Made by a program: the position numbers and the translations under genes | Assembly (NCBI GenBank): GCA_001938485.1 | Contig: MQRK01249281.1 | Coordinates: 1 to 55,806 of the forward strand | Origin: Girardia tigrina | Lineage: Eukaryota | Direction of reading: 5' to 3' | DNA: 55,806 nt | Notes under the pieces: model-generated | Databases searched by the model: none | What the model saw: only the letters and a program-made list of their open reading frames with translations | Told to the model about the DNA's origin: nothing | Part shown: positions 1 to 10,900 of the stretch, piece after piece | How positions within the stretch are numbered: position 1 is the stretch's first letter | Layout: the number at the start of each line of letters is the position of its first letter

Positions 1-431
1 ATTTAATCATGATTATTCGAACAATTTTCTAAATCTTTTAAAAATACATAATTTTTAAAAATATTAATTAAAAATAATAATAAAAATAATAATAATAAAA
101 ATAATTTAAATCACTTCTAAATAAAAACACAAAATTATAAAAATGTTATCAAGTTATTAAAATGACCTTAATTTAAATCTTATTAAATTTATTTAAATTT
201 AATTAAATGTTTTTCTTTTCTTAAAACAAATATTATACTTAATTTAAATTTTTAATTTAAAAAATAAAAACATATTATTTTAATTATGCTCGAATAGTCA
301 ATTACTTTACATTTAAAAAAATACCAATTTCCGTCTGGGTGGGAGAATCACTATTCTAATTTCAGCATACTCAAATCAACATACAGCATCAATACATTCA
401 CACATTCAAACAATTTAAAATATTCCTCACA
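1..431 (-). mobile_element. Gypsy-family LTR, truncated by the window start
   Basis: Reverse complement starts TGTGAGGAATA like the LTRs at 30523 and 35173. Collinear with the solo LTR sequence at 11963-12337. Confidence 0.85.
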
Positions 432-848
432 GCCAGTATAATACAGAACTGAAAACAGGGAAAATAAAAAAGCATGAAAATAGCGAAATTTGAACAAACC
501 TCCAAAGCATTGTTGGAAGGGTTTTCAATCATGCGAAAGACAAACAGACAACCAAAAATAACTGATTTTTTTCACACGAGGGAATAATATGCTATAAGAT
601 ATGAATGAATGCAGTAATATGATGGTCACTGTTTAATGTTGTTTATTGTAGTTTTGGAAAATAATGTACATTTAATGCTACTTAGTAATTTATCTAAGTT
701 GTTTTCTTTAATAAATGTCTGGTTAACATAAATATCTTTCTTTATTTCGCTATTTGAGAATGATTGCAAATAATTTGTGTAATTCGGAATTCGTCTAATC
801 CGTATAAATATTACGGTCCCCAGAGATCCAGATTACGCGATATCGACA

Positions 849-850
<2 letters not shown>

Positions 851-886
<36 letters not shown>
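851..886. repeat. (TA)n microsatellite next to a Tigger/pogo-like TIR remnant (~770-851)
   Basis: Visible TA run; the preceding sequence ends ...GATTACGCGATATCGACAGTA. Confidence 0.8.
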
Positions 887-891
<5 letters not shown>

Positions 892-990
892 TTAGAAACA
901 TATTTATGAGAGTTTTTTACTCAATCAATTTTCCCCAAACTTTGTACATTTACTCAATTTCAATGACAATAAATGATAATGTGAAAATTC
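886..990 (+). repeat. Dispersed repeat; inverted copy at ~47425-47535
   Basis: GAAATTTAGAAAC...TACTCAATCAATTTTC..AAACTTTG.ACATT.ACTCA...ATGACAATAAATGAT.ATGTGAAAA is shared with the reverse complement of 47425-47535. Confidence 0.7.
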
Positions 991-1059
991 GATCGAACTA
1001 GTAAATCAAAAAGACTGAATTAAAAAAAATTGATTTAATAGTTTTTAATAATATTTTAG

Positions 1060-1165
1060 TGATACCGTTTTTATCCTCATAGTGTAATTATTACAAATTT
1101 TTAATGTTAGTTCATGGAACTATTCCAATAGTATCACTGATCCTATTATGAGTTATCCGTTACTA
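1060..1165 (+). repeat. Dispersed repeat (non-autonomous element part); inverted copy at ~51535-51629
   Basis: Reverse complement contains TCAGTGATACTATTGGAATA..CATGAACTA.CATTAAAAATTTGTAATAAT, also present at 51558-51611. Confidence 0.7.
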
Positions 1166-1768
1166 TTCTAATATCATGAAATACTATACTCGTCCAAGTA
1201 TGTTCTTCAACTGCATAATTTATCCTCTATAAACATGTCTCAAAGGAAACATCAATAGAAAACCTTTGTCTTCTCTTTTCTGTGATCAAACAATGAATAA
1301 TTAATCGGGCATTCGAATTATTACGAGAACTTTCATTAAGATTTGTTCACTAGTTTCTTTATCAAGTTCTCAAATTAATGAAGGAAAGACAATACACGAG
1401 TTATAACAAGCAATCAATTAGGGATTGTATTTGAGTACGTGTAGGAAACAGATAAGAAATCAAGAAAAAATTGAAGAGTAGAAAAAAAACATTGAAGATA
1501 AAACGATATTTGTTTTGCATTGAGACTGTGGAAAACTGCTCATCGTGAAGGAAATCCTCAAAAATCCTACTTTATGATGCATACAATTTCCAGCAAGCGC
1601 TTCTCATTGGTCGACAAGGCCTCCTCAGACTCAAAAATATAATTTATCCTCACTCATTAGTGAGATTTTGACGATTTCTCTTTCGTTGATTAATTAAGAA
1701 AACACATTTACTCAGGAATTATTATTATTTGTAATATTCAATTGTTTTTTATCGATAAATCTTGGATT

Positions 1769-1906
1769 ATGGGGGCCACTCGCAGCCCTTCCATTAGGTC
1801 GCTCGAAAGGCGAGATTCGACCACGATTCTACATATCGACGAAACTGAGAAGAAGTCGACAAAATGTTTTCCTTTGTGTTGGAAAGGTTTCGTTTATCGA
1901 ATTCAG
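1769..1906 (+). CDS. CNGA: CNG channel putative exon 1 ([46 protein letters not shown])
   Basis: GC-rich open frame from ATG at 1769 ending in a strong donor CAG|GTGAGT. Phase 0 matches the phase-0 acceptor at 10119/10120. No homology anchor, so less certain than the downstream exons. Confidence 0.65.
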
Positions 1907-4900
1907 GTGAGTAATTAATTTGAATAATTTTAAGAATATTTTTGTTAATGAAAATCGATGACTGAGAAAGGAGAGAAAGAAACCGTTCCTAAATTAATTG
2001 GTAATATTATACATAAAAAGATATTCAAGATCAGGAACAGTCTTTAGGCTCTAATAATAACCGTTTAAACTTTGGATATGCTTTAATTGTATATTATTCA
2101 GAGGGATATAAAATATTTAAATGATCCATTTAAAAAGTATTTTATAATGTCATTAATTTAAAAATATTATCACCAACCAAAACATTGAAAGTGTGTTCGG
2201 TAATAAATCTCTAATAATTCAAGTAATGGGTGCAACATCACATTCATTAGAGAAATCTCGCTTTATGTAAGAGAATCCATATCACACTTGTAATGGAGGT
2301 GGCAGTGAGATTGTGCTCTCTACAACTTTATTGAGAGTATTTAAATGATGTACTGATGACGAATTAATTAAATAATTATATAAGCAACTTTTTATTTAAA
2401 AATATTTTGTACTGATGATGTCATTTATTTCGTCTAAATCAATAAATAAAAAAATAATAAATTTTAATTTTAATAGGTTTAATAATTATATTTTAAATTA
2501 ATCGCTAGTTTATTTCACCTTTATTTATATTTCTAATAATTTTATTTGGGATATTATTTGCTAATTAATTTATTCTTAACCTCTGTACAGCCTCATACAG
2601 TGTTTTGCATTTCCCAAGAACTTGAATGTGGTACTAAGAAAGTTAATGGCTCTCCTAATTTGTAAAAAAGTTCAATTGTATAAATACCTAAAAACGGATG
2701 TGGACACCTTGTGTGAAAACTTCTCATCAATTTAGGATCCTCAATCTACCTTCTAAAAACCGCAGATTCAAAATATTAAAAAAAATAATGATTGGTATTC
2801 CATCACCATCCTGTTACTATATAATAAACTTTATTTGTGTTTGGTATATATAAAAACTCATTTTAAATTGATGGTACACTAAAACTGAAATCGGAGTTCA
2901 GGTGGTCTTTACTGTGAATAAGTTTGAGATACATGGCATAAATTCGTAGCTGTTTTATTATTTCAGTTTACTGCACAAGCTTTAGTTTTGAGAAAGCTCA
3001 ATAAATACACAAAAAAACATCTCTATAAGGAGTTATTTGGGACCGAGAAAACTGTCTCTCTTTAAGAAAAGTTGTTTATAAAGAGAGAATGAATATAAAT
3101 TAAATTAATGAATACAGTAAAACTCATTCTTTAACATATATTATTTAAGGGTGTTTAAAAAATATTGTTCCTTACAGAGAATTACATCTTATAAAGAGGG
3201 AACTTTATAGAGAGGTTTTACTGTATCTTGATAATATTATTAAAAAATTCTTTTACTTAATAATTTAAATGCATTTGAGTTTTCGTATTGACGAACTAAG
3301 GCCTTTCTATTTTCTGAAAATGTTAGAACATATTCGTCTTATTTATTCTATAAAAATACTGTCCGGGGTCGGTAAAGAAAATTTGATTGTCTGATCAAAC
3401 CTAGGTATAGAGGTACAAATGGACTATAATTCTTTTTTCATTTTAATTAAATAATATATTTCTTAATATTTATGGGACTTATTTATATTTATATGTTCCT
3501 AATTTTATTTTTTTTGTTTTTCCTTTTCTCTAACATTTTCTCTAACAACCAAGGAAATTTAATTTTTATAAAAACATTATTTAATAAAAATTAATAATGA
3601 ATGATTTCAACAAGTCAATAAAAATCTATTCCAATTTAAAACAGAAGATATCTTACATATGTGATTGAAGAAGTTTGAAAATATCAAATCAATTCCTCTA
3701 TTAAATAATTTGAGAGAAAATATCACACTCCAACAACAACCGCAAATCTTTTTCTAACTCCTGTGCATAAAACTTTTGTTACCCTTCAAATATCTCTATT
3801 AAAAATAACATAATATTTATCAACTTCGGTTTCCAAATTCCTGAGATTTATATCCTCAAATTCAATTCGGTGAATGTCATTCCCATTGTCCAAGATATAA
3901 TAAACGGTAAATTTGATGTTATCTGTAGGTTACGGCTGAATTTGCAAAGAGAGTACGAATAAATCCAACCATCTGATTGATTAATTCATATTTTTCACGA
4001 TTCATATTATTGAATCAATAAATACATTTATTATAGAAGTGGTAGGTTACTACAATACTTAACAGAGTTAACTACAAATAACTACAATACCTAACATTTT
4101 AAAGAATTTGCAACTCAGTACCACATCCAGTAGTAAGATAAGTAAATTTGAAATTCATAATGTGGTGATGTCATTCCTTACCACAATCAATAATATTGAA
4201 CTTCAATGATGTCACATCACATGACATCACTTGAGTTAAAATTCCGGTGATTTCATGTCATGACATTACCGGAATATGTAATTGTAAGGTCAGATTCAAA
4301 TGCATAAATTGACCCCAGGACTTATTATATAATATTGCCTTAATACAAAAGAGTGAAGATTTCCAAGTTTAATCGGTTATCAAATTCCGATCAATATTTT
4401 ATTTAATAAATTTTATTCCTTAGTTTGTGTTCTTAATACATAATATTTTGAATCTACGAAATCATGGATGTACAGCAGAGATAATTGCTTTAGGGGTTGT
4501 AAACGTTTATTCAACGAAACGGGTGTAAGGATTTAATAAAAGAAATCATTTAATCAAATTAAACGCTTTTGTTTTCTTATAATCTTATCTCATATTTTAA
4601 TATTTTTTCACATAATTTACAACAAAGAAGAGAAAATATTTGTGTTATCTTTTATCTTCTGAGCACATTTTCAGTCGTCGTTTTCATCTGGAAGTCAGGT
4701 TTAGTGTATCAAATATGTGCAATATTATTTAATAAATGTTCCATTCTTGATATTTGTTTTTTTTTGTAAAAAGTGCAAAAGCTCAGTATCAATTTGTTTA
4801 AATTCCTCGGTTCACATCGGTCTAGCATCCATATATTCCGCTTTTTTGAAAACACTAAAATGCTTATAAAAAATCGTTTGGATGTTAGACTTCGTAACGA

Positions 4901-7900
4901 AAAAAGCGAAGAAGTACTATATGCCAACTGTTGACTGTAGAAGAAAATTACAAAGGAATTAAAATGCGAACGAAAATTGGCGTACAAAAAGGGTTCGCCT
5001 GGATCAATGATGCATGATTTAAGACTTGTTCATAAAATGAATAAAAATTATCTGAAGACAAGTGTTCATTGAATTGAACCCAAAGAAAAGGCGATGATTA
5101 TTTTCATCAGATAATTTTTCATTTGAAGCCACACTGACGCGATTGACCTGTATTGATCGGATTCCTTTTCTTTTGTTCACCAAATCGAATATTCTGATGA
5201 GATTGTTTAAAAGCACCAGCTACAATGCACCAAGTTCACCACAAACAATTCGAGAAATCATGGTTAAAGTATATGAAAAGTTGAATAACCAATACCAAGA
5301 TGAATTTCTCTCGCTTGTTTCGAACTGAAAAAAATTTTCTCTTACATTTGATGAATGGACTTCTTTGCGTCGTCGTCGTTATATAAATATTAATATTCAT
5401 CACAATGACACAATTCGGAATTTGGGAGTCTATCGTACTAGAGGAGTTTGGCCTGAAGTTGTTTAATTGTATCGCTGCGACAATATAAAATTTATGGAAA
5501 TTCAGGTATTATTTTTCAGCATGGTTTTCTGCGCGCTATTCATTTAGCAGTTATAAACGTTATTTATGAAAAAGATCATTAGGACAACGATGAATCTGAT
5601 AACGATGTTAATTTTTTATTGATGAAGAAACCAACGACTACAGCGATAATGAATCTTCAAACGATAAAGAAGTTTTCAAAGTGTTTGAGAAGTCAAAATT
5701 TGATGAGAAAGGAATGGAGGCAAATTTGAAGGGTCTACTCGTAAAAATCGGAGAAGTTATAAAAAAACTTTCGAAAATCTCCATTGAAAAGTGAACAACT
5801 CCCAAAATTGGTAATCATTGACGTTGCTACAAGAATAAGCTGAGTATTGATTGTTTAATTTAGTCACTTTTATTAAATCAAATGATTAAATCTTGTTATC
5901 AAACTAAGCGGTTAATTTGATGTTTACAGTGCGTTCCATTTAACCACAGCACATGGCTGCAATCATGACATTTGATAGTGTGTGTAATTAAATGTCCAAA
6001 ATGTTGTCTGTTTTGATGTTTGCATGTATGTATGTATGTGTGTATTTTTGTGCATATGCTTGTGTGAGTATATGTTAATTAAATTCCTATAATATAAATG
6101 CAATTGTTAAAGATCTTCCACTATTATTTAATTTGATAATTAAATTCAACCAATTTTATTAAGCTTAGAATTTCGTATTCTGCTGTTGTTGAATGAAACG
6201 CACTGTATTTATAATTCTTGTTCCAAAATATTTATTTTATATTTCTTTCTTTTATTTCCCCGTTATCTTGCAACATTTATAATTTCCATTTTGCAATATT
6301 CTAGTAGGTTCATAGGGATCTAGTTACGGGCCCATGTATATATACATGTATGACTATATATAAATTGATAAGTACATATATAATAATTAAAATCATTTAT
6401 AATTGTTTCTAGAAAGAAGATTAGAAAATAAATTTAATAATTAGTTTTATAGATAAAACAATTTGTTAATCGTAGAAAATTAAATTAAGAGATCTCTTAT
6501 AATTGATAATTAATTTAGTATAACTAATATTGATTGTTTTTTATTTGTTAATATAATAATTATTTTCCTTCTATTAGATAAAAATTCATTAATTGCCAAA
6601 CTGAATAAAAGAAAAAAAGAGATAAACATAAAAAGAACAAAACAGGAAACACTGAAAGGAAGTAATTGTTAGCGCTTATTAGCAATATTGAGCTTCTGTA
6701 ACTGCTTCCTTCTCAGGCTCCTCGACTCGACAGATTTGACATGTAACCCTACTATTTGTTGTGCAAGCTAATGAAAGCCTCCGAGTCTCGATAATATTGT
6801 GTCAATAAACGATTCTCCAAGCAAATTATCAACTAATTTTGTTAGATGAATCCGGAGGAGGAGGAGGCGGTCATGGAAAGAGAAGATAAAGAAAAAATCT
6901 CTGTTAATCACAAAATTTATTCTTCATTTGAGTTCTGTCAATAGTTAAAATATAAACAATTTATTTCAACTGTATATGGGAAAAATGATTATTATTGAAT
7001 TTTTTATGAAACTTTAAGTTAATTTCTTATTAGATTACATAATATAAATTATAAAGAAAAATATCTTAAAATTCTTAAAGAAAATAGAATTTTAACATGG
7101 TGATGAGTTACCATATTTCCACACATATAACCTGCTGGTAATTGGTGATTTTACATACTCAACATGGGCCTCACAGGGTGTGAGAAGTGGTTACAACCTC
7201 AATATCAGGATTCATTTTTTTAAACACCAAAATTTATTTATATAACAATTCACATCTTTAAAACAAATTTTCCTGTTAATTTAATTATCTCGACCCAAAT
7301 TAATCTATTAAATTCTTTTCGATTTAATTTTTAAAATCCTGAAAATTTATTTCGAAAATTTATTTCAAAAATTATTTAACCTTTATTTTCAAAATTTATT
7401 TCAAAGTTTTTAAAATTGCTTATTAAAAATATTTTTATTTATAAATAAATAATAATATTTTTGTTTTCTTGACATTTTTAATTTTAAGATATTTAATAGA
7501 TACATTAAAAGATATTTTTTATTTTTAAATAGATATTTTATTTTTTATGATTTTTTTTATTATATCATTTTTAATTTTTTAAAATATTTAAAAACACATT
7601 AAAAATATTTTATTTTTAAAAATGTTTTTGCTTTTTAATAGTTGTTTTATTATATCATTTTTAATTTTAAAATATTGAATAAGCATATTAACATAAAAAT
7701 ATTTTACCCTTTAAATTAAAAAAAATAATAAACTATTCAGGCGAGATAAAAATTTAAATTAACGCCTCATACAGGGTATAAAAGTAAGTTGAGGTATTCG
7801 GAAAATATTTTACTCAACAGTAACTAACATTCCATGATGATATGTCGAAGGTAATGAACGACTTTTCATAACCCAAATGCCACTTGCGAGGAAAATATGG

Positions 7901-10900
7901 TTGTATTGGCCTCACTAACTACTATTGCCTAATTAATCACTGAATTCCTCAAATTAAAAAATTCAATTTTAAAACTTTTCATTATGTACCTCATCGGTGT
8001 TGTCGGTGCGTGAGAATTTAAATAAATTGGTCTAATACAAATTAAATTAATTACAAAATATGAAATCAAAAAAATCTACGTTTTAAATAAACAAAAATTT
8101 TGATGCGTTGCGAAAATGATTTAAAAGAAACACGCTGGTAAAAAAAGATACGGCGATTATTATTAATAAATATTGTATTAAAATATATTTCTCAAATTGT
8201 TTCCGATTCTTAATCTTATTTGATTGTATGACTGATCTTATCATGATTGTTGTTTGGGTGGTATCACCACGCACCTAACAACGGTAGTTAAATTTCCTTT
8301 CTTTGATAAATTGAGATTGAAATAAATTGAAAATTAAATTATAGGGTAGAATATTTCACTGCGATTTAATTGAGATTAAAATTAAATTTAATTAAACTTA
8401 GATAAAAATTGTAAACTTAAAGTTTATGTTAAATAAATGTTTTAAAAGTGAAATAAGAAAATGTTTAAAATCAAAATAGAATAAGATGTCATATTTATGA
8501 TTCATAGTACCACGAAAAATGCGTGTACGACAAAAGCGCGCATCAACAAATACGCTAAAATGAATCATGAATTCTACTTCAGGCAGAATTTTAGTCCAAT
8601 CTCTGCCTTTTTTGTCTTTCAATGATATGTAGATGGCATCTATTATTGTCCTAAATTGTCTTTCAATCTGCCCATTACTAGAATGATGATAAGGACTAGA
8701 GAATAATATTTTACTTTTACAATTTTACGACATAACTAACATAAAACCAGAAAAAGAAAAAAGGAAAATTAAAGAAATAATAATAAAAATGAACAAAATA
8801 CATCTAGAAGTCTCCAAAATTTTTCAATTACTCTATCTGTATTTCAAGAAACGTTTGATAATATTTTCATTTAGATGATGAAGAAAGCGTTGATTTTAAT
8901 GAACATTTAAATATGTGTTTGTAAGTGTTCTAATTTTAAAATATTATATTAGTTAATATATCTAACAATAAAATCATTTATATGAGTATTTACATTTTAT
9001 TCAATCACCAAATATTTAAAAAAATATAATTGTTGATGAGGAATTATTAAATTTCGAAACATGTTTAATAATCATTTTCTATTAAAGGCTTTAACTACTT
9101 ATATACGAGGGATATGATATAACAATAAAGTTTTCAGTGTGGTCATCCATGGAAACATTTCCCCAACTGTTATGATTTAGTTTTAAAACACAGTAATAAT
9201 TTTTTAAAATTAATCAGTTATTAATTTAAATATAATTAATGTGTTTGCCATGTATGATGACAATGGTCTTCATTTTACTATGTCACTCAATTCTAGACAA
9301 TTTAATACGACTTACCTATTTAATGTCTGTAGTGATACAATTTCCTATAAATAATCAAAGCATTCAAATAATCATAAATTCAAATATCATATTTATTTTA
9401 AATTAATTAATATTCATTAACCCGAATGGGGCCACCGTCCTCTTAAAAGAACACTACTCAAATATTTTTTACATCAATTTGACGACTCAGCAATAGTTGC
9501 CACCGTCCTTTTAAAAGGACACCCTATTACAAAAAGACCGTATGAAACAAAAAATATTTTTTAATGTAGAACAAGTTATTTAGATATAATTAACCAGAAT
9601 TAATATCAAAAATTCATTTTTTCTAAAGGAAATAGTTTCGGCCCCATTATGGTTAAATTATATTTCCTGAGAATAAAAATTCACTGATAATATCTTAATC
9701 AAACGGACTAAACCGTTAATCATTCAATGATCTGTGAAAACTAAATAAAAAAGCAATTTTCAAAATAAATCAAATAATGCAAAATTAATGAAGCGTTGTT
9801 TGAATGTGCTAATTTACACATAGCAAATTCCAAAGTTAAAAAAAACGAATGAACGAGAGATGAAAAATGGTGGTGTTATATATTTTCTGTGTAAATAAAT
9901 GTTATACTTAAACTATTCGTTTGTCTTTTTTTATATGTGGAAATCAATAAATTCGTAAAAAATAAATTTGTACAATAAATTTTCAAAGTTGAACAATATA
10001 TTGTGATCTAAATTTATAACCCGATAAAGGGGTTTACAACGCTGTTAAATTAAATATAACAATCATGAATTGACTTCTTTTGACTTTAAATTCGAATTCA
10101 TATCTGACATTTTTTTAAGGTTTCACGTAGAATGTTTAGATCAAAACCAAAGTATGAAAATGATGAAAACGATTCGTTCATGAAAAAATTTGGTCTAACG
10201 CAAAGCAATGAAGATGTTTTCGATAAAAATAAAAAACCAAACGAAAGTCAGAAGAAAAGTTTCAAAGAGTAAATTTGAGTAAATTACGGTATGAATTAAA
10301 GAACCCTGATTTTAGATCATACATAACATTTTTTATTGATAACAACAGTAATGGCTATTATTGGTGGTTGGGAGTGATCAGTGCTATTTCTATATATAAC
10401 ATCATTCTTTTACCGACTCGTGCGGTCTTTCGGGAAGTTCAGAATTCTCACACGATCGTTTGGCTTGTTATAGATTATTCTATGGATATCTTCAATGCTG
10501 TCGATATGTTCGTGGGATTCCGAACTGGTTAATTATTATTATATTTAATTTATTTTATAACGAGTCTCAATCATTTTTCCAAAATCTTCAGCTAACAAAA
10601 AGGTCAATTTCTCTAAAATAATTTATAATTTATTTTATTCTTTAGGATTTTGATATTCACAAAGTAAACACATTTTAATTTTAACCCTTTCTCCCTCTGA
10701 GACACCAATAGCGCATATAACTATCTGTCACTACCGCCAACAAAATTTGTCTAATTGAGACTGGAAAATATCCAATAGTCTTTGTAGTGATCACTTATTT
10801 CACTTCCCCTTTTCTCTGCACCTCCTCACTCTAACAAAAGAATTTTCATCATATCAAAATACACATTTAACGAATTTATAAAATTCAATTTAATCAAAAC

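Noticed and set aside
7834-7943. ATGATGA...CTGA as a C/D box snoRNA
   Set aside because: No terminal stem and no recognisable guide; both boxes are common by chance in AT-rich DNA.
8875-8920. Possible 46-nt CNG exon (ttag|..[15 protein letters not shown]..|gtaagt) that could splice to an alternative acceptor at 10130/10131
   Set aside because: It starts in phase 1, incompatible with the phase-0 donor at 1906, and no partner upstream exon or homology was found. It remains only an untested alternative.
10275-10315. N-terminus of ORF 10275..10532, and likewise 12994-13030 and 13855-13914 of ORF 12994..13914
   Set aside because: Intronic read-through; splice sites and CNG homology define different boundaries.
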